Under the pieces are notes generated by a model. It saw only the letters and a program-made list of their open reading frames with translations. It was not told where the DNA came from and made no database searches. A program made the position numbers and the translations under genes. A DNA stretch of 60,487 nucleotides from an uncultured Acidobacteriota bacterium (GTDB taxonomy: Bacteria; Acidobacteriota; UBA6911), in the NCBI GenBank assembly GCA_964353465.1, contig CAYGWQ010000002.1:1-60487 (forward strand), given 5' to 3'. Positions 28,508 through 38,027 of this stretch are shown in pieces (positions within the stretch are counted from its first letter, which is position 1; each line of letters opens with the position of its first letter).

Positions 28508-29635
28508 TCAGCCGACCGTCTCGGCGAGGGCCTGGATCACCCGGTGGGCGTCTTCCTCCGTCATGCCGGAAAAAAGCGGGAGGCAGATATGCCTTGCGCA
28601 CAAATCCTCTGCAACCGGCAAGGGACCGCCGGCATAAGGCTGGAATACGGGCTGTTTATGCAGGGGGCTCTCATAAACCTCCCCGGCCAGCGACACGCCA
28701 TAGCGCTCACGCAATTGCCCCTTCAGCTCCTTGCGATCGCGTGGCTCACGAAGCACCGCAATGTATTTGTAGTAATTGCAGGTCCCGCCGGCAGGCACGG
28801 CCAGGGTGCTCAGGTTGTGCATGCCGGACAGGGCCCGGGTGTAGATGCCGGCGATTTTCTGCCGGTCCGCGATCATCTCCGGCAGGCGCTCGAGGTGTTT
28901 GATGCCGATGATGGCGTGAGGTTCCGACATGCGCCAGTTATATCCCATGCGTATGTGGGCGTTTTGTGTGAAACTGCCCTTCCCTTGGTCCCGGTAGATG
29001 CGGGCCTCCTCTGCCAGCTGACGGTCGTGGGTCACGATCATGCCCCCTTCGGCGCAGGTCATGACCTTCGTCGGGTAGAAGCTGAACGAGCCCGCGAAGC
29101 CAAAGGCTCCCGCGCTCGTACCGCCAAGCGAAGATCCATGGGCATGGGCGGCATCTTCGATGAGCCAAATGCCTTTGCGGACGGCCAGGTCGACTACTTC
29201 CGGCATGCGGCCGGAAACCAGCCCCCCGATGTGAACCATGATGATCGCAGCCGTCGCGGGCGTCAGTTTCTTTTCAATGTCCTCGGCACGCATGGCGAAC
29301 GACTCGGGATCCATGTCGACCAGGACCGGATTGCCCCCTGCGTGCACCACGGCGGCCGCTGTGGCAAAAAAGGTGTTGGTGGGCACCAGGACATCCTTGC
29401 CCGCAATGCCGAGGTATCTCAGAATGATTTCGAGTGAGCTGGTGCCGCTGTTGACCGCCACCGCATGCGGCATGCCGCAGAATGCGGCAAACTTCTGCTC
29501 GAAATCAGCCCCGTAGCGGCCCAGCGTGAGCTGCCCGCTGGCGAGCACTTCCTGGATCCGCTCCGCAATCCAGGCGCGGTCTGCCGGCAAAAACTGGATC
29601 CTGGCGGCAGGAATCTGCTTGTGCGACTCGGGCAT
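28508..29635 (-). CDS. DegT/DnrJ/EryC1/StrS-family PLP-dependent sugar aminotransferase (ArnB-like)
   Basis: Family motifs AVAVNSGTSSLEI, DAAHAHGS, and the Schiff-base lysine context SFYPTKVMTCAEGGMI. Confidence 0.9.
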   Translation of the reverse strand: MPESHKQIPAARIQFLPADRAWIAERIQEVLASGQLTLGRYGADFEQKFAAFCGMPHAVAVNSGTSSLEIILRYLGIAGKDVLVPTNTFFATAAAVVHAGGNPVLVDMDPESFAMRAEDIEKKLTPATAAIIMVHIGGLVSGRMPEVVDLAVRKGIWLIEDAAHAHGSSLGGTSAGAFGFAGSFSFYPTKVMTCAEGGMIVTHDRQLAEEARIYRDQGKGSFTQNAHIRMGYNWRMSEPHAIIGIKHLERLPEMIADRQKIAGIYTRALSGMHNLSTLAVPAGGTCNYYKYIAVLREPRDRKELKGQLRERYGVSLAGEVYESPLHKQPVFQPYAGGPLPVAEDLCARHICLPLFSGMTEEDAHRVIQALAETVG

Positions 29636-29746
29636 TGAGAAGTCCTTTCTGCGGAATGCTCAATCCGCAATTTCATCCGGTTTCGACTGCGTTAAGCTCT
29701 GCAAGGCTTCTCGTGCGAAAAGCGGCCACGCAAAGTCGAAACCGCT

Positions 29747-30130
29747 CTAAGTCTCCCCCCCGCTGCGGGCGATGAAAATCACGCCGACAATGACCAGCAC
29801 GATCCCGGCCCAGCGGAGCGGGGATACCTGCTCCTTGAGAATAACGACGGCCAGGAATGCCGCAAAACCGTATTCTATGGCAGTCATCGGCAGCGCCACC
29901 GTCACGTCGGTCCATGAGAGAGCAGCCAGAAAAAGGACATAAAAGACGGTGTTCAGCGCGGTCCCCATGATGACATACCCATTGATCGCCGCGTGATAAA
30001 AATAAACGGCGACGGCCATCGGAGCGTAGTTCTCGAGAGATCCGACCTGCTGCATACCCCGCCTCACGAGAATCTGTCCCACGGCTGCCGAGGCTGCCGC
30101 GAGCGTCATTACGATAAGAACTCGGACCAT
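29747..30130 (-). CDS. Small four-TM EamA/SMR-like transporter (ArnE/ArnF-like half-size DMT)
   Basis: 127 aa, four hydrophobic segments and an EamA-type C-terminal helix (RWAGIVLVIVGVIFI). It lies immediately upstream of the aminotransferase. Confidence 0.7.
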   Translation of the reverse strand: MVRVLIVMTLAAASAAVGQILVRRGMQQVGSLENYAPMAVAVYFYHAAINGYVIMGTALNTVFYVLFLAALSWTDVTVALPMTAIEYGFAAFLAVVILKEQVSPLRWAGIVLVIVGVIFIARSGGET

Positions 30131-30185
30131 TGGTTTCTATCTCCCGAAATGATGATGCCGCATGTCCCCCGGTTCCCCAGCCTAT

Positions 30186-31355
30186 TTAGGCCTGCGGGCG
30201 CTTCGTCTCATGTTGTGCCGGTTTCCCGATTTCGAATCCCAACGCCTGGAAAACCTTCGCCATGCTGGTTCCGGCCGCCGGTTCGACAATGAAGTGAGAA
30301 AACTCGGGGCGCAGCGGGTAGTGGTCGCGGAGGCGATCGAAGCGCTCTCCGGCGGCGATCGCCGGCATACCGATAACGGCTCTGAGGTCCGCATCGTCGC
30401 GACGGATGTCATAGGCCTGCAGTACGACCGAGCGAATGGCATCCTGACTTTTCATCCCGGGTTGAGGGGAAACGCGCTGCGGCGGGGCGAAAATGCGGCT
30501 ACGGTCCCAGACAGCAGAGATGCCGAAAAACCGGCATAATTCATCGAGAATCATGGCCGTCCCCAGCGCCTTGCCGTCCTGGCTGTAACCGGCTATGTGT
30601 GCCGTGCCGAGATCCACCAGATCCAGAAGGTCGCGATTGATCCTTGGCTCCCCCTCCCATACATCCAGGATCGATCCCTCGATCCAGCGCTCTCGCAGCG
30701 CAACCAGCAGATCCGGCCCACAGACGACGGCGCCGCGGGCTGAATTGATGAGGAACTGGCCGGGCGACAGGCACCGCAGCAGCTTGCTGTTCACCATGTG
30801 AAGGGTCGGATACTGTCCCTCAACCGTAAGAGGCACGTGCAGGGTAAGAATATCCGCGCCGAGCACATCATCGAGAAAACCGTATCTCTCGTCTCCGGTA
30901 CTCTCCCGGAGCGGGGGATCGCACAAGAGCACTTTCATGCCGAGCGCAGCCGCCTTCATGGCAACCAACGTCCCGATGCGGCCGACGCCGATGATGCCGA
31001 TGGACTTTTCCGACAGGCGCCAATCTCTACGCTCAGCCGTCGCCAGCAATGCGGAGACAACATACTCCGCCACCGAATTGGCATTGCTGCCTGCTGCGTT
31101 TGCGCAGTAAATGCCGCGCGCCCTCAGATAGGGGAGGTCGAGATGATCCATGCCGATGGTGGCGGTGCCTACGAACCGCACCGAACTTCCTTCAAGGAGA
31201 CTGGCATCGACCCGGGTCACCGAGCGCACAATGAGAGCGTCCACATCGCACACGTCCACCCGGCGCACGGATCTGCCGGAAAACAGCCTGATCTCGCCCG
31301 CTGCGGCAAATGCCGCATGCGAATAGGGGATGGCATCGTCCACTGCGACTCTCAT
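30186..31355 (-). CDS. pdxB: 4-phosphoerythronate dehydrogenase (D-2-hydroxyacid dehydrogenase family)
   Basis: PdxB-like N-terminus (MRVAVDDAIPY...VRSVTRVD), an NAD motif (IGIIGVGRIGT), catalytic R/E/H context (HIAGYS), and a PdxB-specific C-terminal extension. 389 aa. Confidence 0.8.
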   Translation of the reverse strand: MRVAVDDAIPYSHAAFAAAGEIRLFSGRSVRRVDVCDVDALIVRSVTRVDASLLEGSSVRFVGTATIGMDHLDLPYLRARGIYCANAAGSNANSVAEYVVSALLATAERRDWRLSEKSIGIIGVGRIGTLVAMKAAALGMKVLLCDPPLRESTGDERYGFLDDVLGADILTLHVPLTVEGQYPTLHMVNSKLLRCLSPGQFLINSARGAVVCGPDLLVALRERWIEGSILDVWEGEPRINRDLLDLVDLGTAHIAGYSQDGKALGTAMILDELCRFFGISAVWDRSRIFAPPQRVSPQPGMKSQDAIRSVVLQAYDIRRDDADLRAVIGMPAIAAGERFDRLRDHYPLRPEFSHFIVEPAAGTSMAKVFQALGFEIGKPAQHETKRPQA

Positions 31356-31419
31356 AGCTCACCGATGAGACCCATCATGATGCAGGCTTTCGCGGTCAAA
31401 ATCAAAAACAATCCTCCCG

Positions 31420-32142
31420 CTAGCCCTGACCGCCCGCCACCGTGAGCCGAGGACCTAATAGACCGCGCGCGCGGCGAAAAATTTCGTGGAACATCGGGCG
31501 GGTCAACCTGCCCGTTTGGGTGTTTTGCTGGCTGGGATGATACGAGGCAATGAGGACCACACCCCCTGGCAGATTCCATTCGCCTCCATGCCGGAATGCG
31601 GGTTTGCGACTGCCGGGGATCTCGCCGCCATTTTCCCGCCACGCCTTGAAAAACTCGCCGAAGGCGATCCGACCGAGTGCCACAATGACGCGCTTTCTCT
31701 GAAGCAGCGCCAACTCCCGTCGCAGGTAGGGACGACAGTTATTCAGCTCTTCGCGGAGCGGCTTATTTGCCGGTGGCGCACAACGCAATGCGGCCGAGAC
31801 CATACAACCATGGAGGCGGAGGCTGTCATCACGCCGCACCGAGGTCATGTGGGAGGCAAATCCGAATCGATGAAGGGCCTGGTAAAGCCATTGCCCGCTG
31901 CGGTCTCCGGTGAACATCCGGCCCGTCCGGTTTGCGCCGTGAGCAGCGGGCGCCAGTCCCAGAATGAACAAGGATGCTGTCGGCTCTCCAAAGGCCGGGA
32001 CCGGCCGGCCCCAGTATTCGTCTGAGTGATATCTGCGCACCTTTTCCGCAGCCACGCGCTCGCGCCATGCCACCAGACGAGGGCACTTGCGGCATTGAAT
32101 GATGGTTTCCTGCAGCCGATGAAAGCTCTCTGTGCTGTCCAT
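31420..32142 (-). CDS. Uracil-DNA glycosylase, Fe-S family 4/5 (UdgB-like)
   Basis: Cys cluster (CRKCPRL) and motif A GLAPAAHGANRTGRMFTGD, which is the GLAPA type characteristic of family 5, plus the C-terminal HPS motif (SYHPSQQN). The start is uncertain (32142, 32217 or 32232). Confidence 0.8.
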   Translation of the reverse strand: MDSTESFHRLQETIIQCRKCPRLVAWRERVAAEKVRRYHSDEYWGRPVPAFGEPTASLFILGLAPAAHGANRTGRMFTGDRSGQWLYQALHRFGFASHMTSVRRDDSLRLHGCMVSAALRCAPPANKPLREELNNCRPYLRRELALLQRKRVIVALGRIAFGEFFKAWRENGGEIPGSRKPAFRHGGEWNLPGGVVLIASYHPSQQNTQTGRLTRPMFHEIFRRARGLLGPRLTVAGGQG

Positions 32143-32431
32143 ACAATCCGCATACCTTATCACAGCAGGTGCGGTTCCAGGATCGCGGATTCTGTCCCAC
32201 CAGCCCGCATGATTCATGAACGCCGTTCGCAAACGAATGAAAAACAGTTGGAGCGCTCGACAGTCTTCAAGAATAAAGCAGGCTAAAGTCCGGTCTCAGG
32301 ATGTGGAGCCCGGACGCCGTGGTGGGAAATCAGCGACAGCCGAAATCGGCAGTCCTAGAGCGAGAGAGTTGTTGTGGGGAAGGTTGCTCCTGCCCGATAA
32401 TACCAGGCAGCCCTTACCAGTGGAGGAGATC

Positions 32432-33850
32432 ATGGATTTCGGCAATAACAGCGACCTGACCATTGTCCGGCTGGCACGTCTGATTCGCCGCCGCGCGCTC
32501 TCTCCGGTCGAGCTAACCCGTGCGCTGCTTGACCGGATTGATCGTTTCGGGCCTCGCTTGAACGCTTTCATCACGGTGACTGCTGATCTGGCGATGGCCC
32601 AGGCGAGGCGGGCCGAGAAGGAAATCACCCGGGGTACGTACCGGGGCGCCCTGCACGGCATTCCGATCTGCTTGAAAGATCTCTTCTACACTCGCGACGT
32701 CCGTACTACTGCCGGCTCGAAGATCCTGCGCAACTTTGTACCAACGGAAAATGCTGCGGTCGTCGACCGCCTGTTTGCGGCAGGCGCGATCCTGCTGGGC
32801 AAGACGAACCTGCACGAGTTCGCGTATGGTGTTACCAACATCAACCCTCACTTCGGCCCGGTGCGCAATCCCTGGGCAGCGGAGCGCGTTTCCGGCGGGT
32901 CCAGCGGTGGCAGTGCGGCCGCTGTGACGTCGGGCCTTGCCGTAGCCTCGCTGGGTACCGACACCGGGGGATCCATACGAATCCCATCGGCAGCCTGCGG
33001 CTGCGTTGGATTGAAGCCGACCCACGGCCGGGTCTCGGTCCATGGCGTGATCCCCCTGGCCCCCAGCCTGGATCACGTCGGCCCCATATGCCGCTGCGTG
33101 GAGGACGCGGCGCTTGTCCTGGATGCCATCGCGGGGGAAGGTCCTTTCGATCCGCACAGCCCCGGGCCGCGTGCCATGAGGTCCGCACGAAATCTGAGGA
33201 TAGAGCTGCGGGGCCTGCGGATCGGCGTACCGAAACAGTACTTTTTCGACCATCTCCAGCAGGGGGTGCGTCGCAAAGTCAGCGCCGCCATCGCAACGCT
33301 GGAACAGAATGGCGCGGAGGTACGGGAAGTAGACCTGAAATTGATGCGCGAGACCACCCGTCTGGCAAGTGACCTCACGGTGGCCGAAGCGCTCGTCTAT
33401 CACTGGAAGTGGATGCGCAGATGGGCAGACAGCTACGGCAGCGATCTGCGCGCCCGCCTGAAGGAAGGCATGGATATGTCGGCGTTGGCTTACCTGCAGG
33501 CTCAGGAATTGCGGCATGCTTATACACGGGAGTTCGAAACGGCCTTGCAGTCGGTAGATATTCTGGCAGCTCCCACCCTGCCGATCGCTGCGCCCCGCAT
33601 CACCGAGAACGAAGTGGATGCCGGAAGTCGAAAAGAAAATGTGCGTTCGGCTTTGCTGCGCCTGACGCGGCCCGCGAACCTGAGCCGGTTGCCGGCAATC
33701 ACGGTGCCATGCGGCTTCACTTCCGGCAATCTTCCGGCCGGTTTGCAGCTGATCGGCCGTAGCATGGACGAAGGCACGGTTCTGCGCGCTGCATACGTCT
33801 ACGAGCAGCTGACCTCCTGGCATGAGATGTTCCCCCCCGATCCGGCATAG
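32432..33850 (+). CDS. Amidase-signature (GatA-like) amidase
   Basis: AS signature GGSSGGSAAAV and the GTDTGGSIRIPS motif. The ATG at 32432 follows GGAGGAG. The upstream track extension is not protein-like. Confidence 0.85.
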   Translation: MDFGNNSDLTIVRLARLIRRRALSPVELTRALLDRIDRFGPRLNAFITVTADLAMAQARRAEKEITRGTYRGALHGIPICLKDLFYTRDVRTTAGSKILRNFVPTENAAVVDRLFAAGAILLGKTNLHEFAYGVTNINPHFGPVRNPWAAERVSGGSSGGSAAAVTSGLAVASLGTDTGGSIRIPSAACGCVGLKPTHGRVSVHGVIPLAPSLDHVGPICRCVEDAALVLDAIAGEGPFDPHSPGPRAMRSARNLRIELRGLRIGVPKQYFFDHLQQGVRRKVSAAIATLEQNGAEVREVDLKLMRETTRLASDLTVAEALVYHWKWMRRWADSYGSDLRARLKEGMDMSALAYLQAQELRHAYTREFETALQSVDILAAPTLPIAAPRITENEVDAGSRKENVRSALLRLTRPANLSRLPAITVPCGFTSGNLPAGLQLIGRSMDEGTVLRAAYVYEQLTSWHEMFPPDPA

Positions 33851-33982
33851 CCCGTTCGCGGCCGGCCCCGTGAGAGGAATGCCGCGCATGCGGAACAGGA
33901 GAGAAATGGCCTTTCGAACCTCGGGTGGTTGTGCAGTTGTAGCCGACGCGGGAGCTGCGCTATCCTTGTCGCGGGTGACCTC

Positions 33983-35617
33983 ATGAAGATTGCGCTGGTC
34001 CAGATGAATGCAACCGTCGGCGATATCCACGGCAATCGCGACGACATCCTGCTGGCGAAGCACAGGGCGGAACAGATGGGCGCCGACATCGCCGTGTTTC
34101 CGGAACTCTGCATGACCGGGTACCCGCCTCGTGACTTGCTCAGCATCCCCAGCTTTGTGGAATCCAACCTGCGGGCCCTGCGGGAAATAGCTGCGCACTC
34201 CGGCCGCATGGCCACCATCATCGGATTCGTCGATCGGAATCCGGCGCCGGAAGGCAAGGAGCTCTATAACGCGGCGGCATTCCTCTGTGAGGGCGGGATC
34301 CGGGCTACGATCCACAAGACGCTGCTGCCCACCTACGACGTGTTCGACGAGGACCGGTATTTCGAACGATCGCACGAAACCCGATTGGTTCCCTTCCAGG
34401 GGCGCAATCTCGGCATTTCCATCTGTGAGGATGCATGGAACGATCAGGATTTCTGGTCCAAACGCCGATATCACACCGATCCGATCTGCAATCAGGTTCG
34501 GATGGGCGCCGACCTGCTCATCAACCTTTCCTCCTCTCCCTTCGAGATGTACAAGCCGCTCGTCCGCTATCGCATGCTTCTCGGACATGTCGCCAAGTAC
34601 CGGGTGCCGCTGCTCTACGTCAACCTGGTAGGCGGCAATGATGACCTGCTGTTTGACGGCAACAGCCTGGCATTCGGGAGGACGGGAAACCTCATTGCCC
34701 AGGGGAAAAGCTTCTGTGCAGATATGCTCCTGGTCGACCCTGATTCCGAGCAGGCACAGGATTATCGCGAAGGGGAGGCAATGCAGAACCTGTTTGAGGT
34801 TCTGGCAATGGGGACATGCGATTACGCTCGCAAGTGTGGCTTCAAGTCGGCGGTCCTCGGGTTGAGCGGCGGAATCGACTCGGCTGTCACGGCGTGCATC
34901 GCCGCCGAGGCGCTAGGGCCACAAAATGTGTTGGGTGTATCTCTGCCTTCCGCTTACTCTGCCCAGGCCAGCTACGATGATGCCCGCGCGCTGGCGCGCA
35001 ATCTGGGCATCCACTTTGAAGTCATCCCCATTCAGTCGGTATTCCAGGAGTACCGATCGGCGCTTTCCCGGGTTTTTGCGGGACTTCCCGAAGATGCCGC
35101 CGAAGAGAACATCCAGGCGCGGATTCGCGGCAACCTGTTGATGGCGCTGTCGAACAAGTTCGGACACCTCGTGCTGAGCACGGGGAACAAGTCGGAACTG
35201 GCGGTGGGATATTGCACTCTCTATGGTGACATGGCCGGCGGGCTGGCGGTGATTTCCGACGTTCCCAAAACCGAGATCTATCGGCTTGCCGCCTATATCA
35301 ACCGCAAGGAGGAGATCATCCCCGCAAGCACTCTGCGCAGGGCGCCTACCGCAGAATTGCGCCCCAACCAGACAGACCAGGACACACTGCCCCCCTATGA
35401 GATACTGGACGCAATCCTGCACCCCATTATCGATGAGCAGTTGAGCGTTGACGAAGCGGCCGCGCGTGGCTTTGAGCGGTCTACAGTGGAGGAAGTGGCC
35501 CGGATGGTGTATCGCGTTGAATACAAGCGCCAACAGGCTGCCCCCGGGCTGAGGGTCACTTCCCGGGCTTTCGGCAGCGGCCGGCGCATGCCCATCGCGA
35601 TGCGACTCCGCTATTGA
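33983..35617 (+). CDS. nadE: Glutamine-dependent NAD+ synthetase
   Basis: N-terminal CN-hydrolase domain (MKIALVQMN.., ICEDAW) fused to a synthetase domain with the P-loop LGLSGGIDSAV. Confidence 0.9.
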   Translation: MKIALVQMNATVGDIHGNRDDILLAKHRAEQMGADIAVFPELCMTGYPPRDLLSIPSFVESNLRALREIAAHSGRMATIIGFVDRNPAPEGKELYNAAAFLCEGGIRATIHKTLLPTYDVFDEDRYFERSHETRLVPFQGRNLGISICEDAWNDQDFWSKRRYHTDPICNQVRMGADLLINLSSSPFEMYKPLVRYRMLLGHVAKYRVPLLYVNLVGGNDDLLFDGNSLAFGRTGNLIAQGKSFCADMLLVDPDSEQAQDYREGEAMQNLFEVLAMGTCDYARKCGFKSAVLGLSGGIDSAVTACIAAEALGPQNVLGVSLPSAYSAQASYDDARALARNLGIHFEVIPIQSVFQEYRSALSRVFAGLPEDAAEENIQARIRGNLLMALSNKFGHLVLSTGNKSELAVGYCTLYGDMAGGLAVISDVPKTEIYRLAAYINRKEEIIPASTLRRAPTAELRPNQTDQDTLPPYEILDAILHPIIDEQLSVDEAAARGFERSTVEEVARMVYRVEYKRQQAAPGLRVTSRAFGSGRRMPIAMRLRY

Positions 35618-35635
35618 GGATCGAGGAGGAGACAC

Positions 35636-37072
35636 TTGGTAACGGATGCTTTGCTCACGGACCTGTATGAATTCACAATGGCAGCGGGCTATTTCGCTCA
35701 GGGCAAGACCGGGGACACGGCGGTCTTCGACCTCTACTTCCGGCATAATCCGTTTCGCGGCGGCTATGCCGTCACTGCCGGTCTCGAAGACGCCGTGCGT
35801 GCCGTTACCTCCATGAAGTTCAGCTCGGAAGATCTCCTTTTTCTGCGCTCGCTGCCCGCTTCCACCGGGGATCCCCTGCTCTCAGACGACTTTCTTGACT
35901 ACCTGTCCAACTATCGTTTTCGCGGCAGTCTGTGGGCGATTCCGGAAGGCACGGTGGTCTTTCCCAATGAGCCGCTGTTGCAGGTAAGGGGCAATCTGAT
36001 CGAGTGTCAGATCATCGAGACGATTCTCCTGTGCCACATCAATTTTCAGACCCTGGTGGCGACCAAGGCGGCCCGCATGTGGGAGGCTTCCGGCCACGGT
36101 ACCATCGTCGAGTTCGGGCTGCGGCGGGCTCACGGGCCGAACGGAGCCATGAGTGCATGCAGGGCGGCTTACATAGGGGGAGCCGACGCCACCTCCAATG
36201 TCATGGGTTCCGCTCTGCTCGGCATGCCGGCAACGGGAACACATGCCCACAGCTGGGTACAGTCTTTTCCGAGCGAGTTGGAAGCGTTTCGCGCCTACGT
36301 TAGCCTATTTCCCCATGATTCTGTCCTGCTTGTAGATACCTACGATGTGTTGGAGAGCGGCATCCCGAACGCGATCCTCGTCGCCAGGGAACTACAGGAT
36401 CGAGGCTGCCGCCTGAGGGGAATTCGCTTGGACAGCGGCGACCTTGCTTTCCTCAGCAAACGCGCCCGTGAGATACTGGACCAGGCCGGGCTCGACTACG
36501 TAAAAATAGTGGCCTCGAATGAGCTGGATGAATTTGTCATTGCCGAAATCCTGGCCCAGGGCGGCAAGGTCGATATCTGGGGAGTCGGGACCAAGCTGGT
36601 GACTGCCAGCGGTCCCGACGGCTGCGCGCTTGGCGGCATCTACAAAATGGTGGAGCACAACGGTCATCCCAAAATCAAGCTCAGCAGCAATCCGGAAAAG
36701 ATGACCAATCCGGGTTTCAAGAAGGTCATTCGCTTTTATAGCGGCGACGGGATGATGGAAGCCGACGCGCTGGCGCACCGGAGCGAAGACCTCCGCGAGC
36801 CGGAAGTCCTGATTATCGATCCGAATAATCCCCTGCGCCGCAAAAAACTCAGCGCACGCACCCGGCTGGAACTTCTCTGTCCGATCGTCACCGCCGGAGA
36901 CGTGGTATATGATTTTCCTTCATTGCGGGACATCCGCTCCCGCCGGATCGATCAGCTCGAGCACCTTCATGACACCTATCGCCGCCTGCACATGCCCCAC
37001 GAGTACAAGGTTGGGCTTTCCTACACACTGTGGCGTCAAAAGGAGCAGATGTTCGATCAGCAGATGGTGTAG
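35636..37072 (+). CDS. pncB: Nicotinate phosphoribosyltransferase
   Basis: NAPRTase N-terminus (LLTDLYEFTMA), FGLRRA, and the phospho-His region (GTHAHSW). TTG start. Confidence 0.85.
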   Translation: MVTDALLTDLYEFTMAAGYFAQGKTGDTAVFDLYFRHNPFRGGYAVTAGLEDAVRAVTSMKFSSEDLLFLRSLPASTGDPLLSDDFLDYLSNYRFRGSLWAIPEGTVVFPNEPLLQVRGNLIECQIIETILLCHINFQTLVATKAARMWEASGHGTIVEFGLRRAHGPNGAMSACRAAYIGGADATSNVMGSALLGMPATGTHAHSWVQSFPSELEAFRAYVSLFPHDSVLLVDTYDVLESGIPNAILVARELQDRGCRLRGIRLDSGDLAFLSKRAREILDQAGLDYVKIVASNELDEFVIAEILAQGGKVDIWGVGTKLVTASGPDGCALGGIYKMVEHNGHPKIKLSSNPEKMTNPGFKKVIRFYSGDGMMEADALAHRSEDLREPEVLIIDPNNPLRRKKLSARTRLELLCPIVTAGDVVYDFPSLRDIRSRRIDQLEHLHDTYRRLHMPHEYKVGLSYTLWRQKEQMFDQQMV

Positions 37073-37084
37073 CTGCGGTCAGCG

Positions 37085-37162
37085 AACAGGGGACATTCCG
37101 CTTTTCCAGCTCTCTTCGACCTTGGTGAAAAACCGGCCTGGAAAAGCGGAATGTCCCCTGTT
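37085..37162. terminator. 25-bp perfect palindrome (bidirectional terminator candidate / repeat element)
   Basis: aacaggggacattccgcttttccag (37085-37109) pairs perfectly with ctggaaaagcggaatgtcccctgtt (37138-37162), with a 28-nt loop. It lies between convergent pncB and pcm. Confidence 0.6.
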
Positions 37163-37166
37163 TGCC

Positions 37167-37934
37167 CTAGTCCTTGCGTATGCTTTGAGCGCGCCCGGTC
37201 ATCGGAACAAAGCGCACTGGAATGGTAGACCGCCGGCTGACACCCTGCTCACTCTTCTCGATGAGCACCAGTTCCTGTTCCATACGCCCCACCGGGATTA
37301 TCATCTTGCCTCCCGGCTTGAGCTGATCGATGAGCGGCTGGGGAACGTGATCCGGCGCCGCGGTCACGATGATCCGGTCGAAAGGCGCGTTCTCGGGCCA
37401 ACCCAGATACCCATCGCCGATTTGAATCCGGACATTTTTATAGCCCAGGGCTTCCAAGGTCTTTCGGGCCTGCTCTGCGAGTTCGGGCAGGATTTCGATC
37501 GTGTAGACCTCGGGAACAAGCTCGGCCAGAACCGCTGCCTGATAGCCCGATCCCGTGCCGATTTCCAGGACACGCTCGGTTCCGCGAAGCTGAAGCGCCT
37601 GTGTCATATATCCCACAATGTACGGCTGAGAAATTGTCTGGCCGAGAATGAGGGGGAGGGGATTGTCTTCATAAGCGGCTTCCACCAGATTGGCGGGCAC
37701 AAACCTGTGGCGGGGTACCTTGCGCATAGCCTCCAGCACGGCTCGGTTTTTCACGTCCCGGTTTTGAAGTTGCTCGCGAACCATCCGTTCCCGCAACTGG
37801 AGGAATTGCTGTTCGGCGGTTGCGGGGATGGCATTTTGCGGTTCTTCGCTGCGGCTAGGAGGCATGTGAGAGGAGCATCCTTGTAAGCTTGCGGCCAAAG
37901 CGAACACGAGTGATAGTGAGATCAGCCCTCGCAT
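37167..37934 (-). CDS. pcm: Protein-L-isoaspartate O-methyltransferase with lipoprotein-type signal peptide
   Basis: PCMT motifs (GQTISQPYIV, VLEIGTGSGYQAAVLA) preceded by MRGLISLSLVFALAASLQGC. Confidence 0.85.
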   Translation of the reverse strand: MRGLISLSLVFALAASLQGCSSHMPPSRSEEPQNAIPATAEQQFLQLRERMVREQLQNRDVKNRAVLEAMRKVPRHRFVPANLVEAAYEDNPLPLILGQTISQPYIVGYMTQALQLRGTERVLEIGTGSGYQAAVLAELVPEVYTIEILPELAEQARKTLEALGYKNVRIQIGDGYLGWPENAPFDRIIVTAAPDHVPQPLIDQLKPGGKMIIPVGRMEQELVLIEKSEQGVSRRSTIPVRFVPMTGRAQSIRKD

Positions 37935-38027
37935 AATTTCTCAATGGGCTAAGGTCCGGCCGGGGGGGCTTATGGGTCTGATGGAAGCACAGGTTCCCTC
38001 GGCCGGACTCCTTCATTGCCTTTTCCC

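Noticed and set aside
32513-34588. 691-aa ORF on the minus strand spanning the amidase gene, the intergenic gap and the 5' part of nadE
   Set aside because: It is antisense to two genes with unmistakable family motifs (GGSSGGSAAAV, SGGIDS). Its product is R/G/A/P-rich with no motifs, which is typical of a shadow ORF in high-GC DNA.
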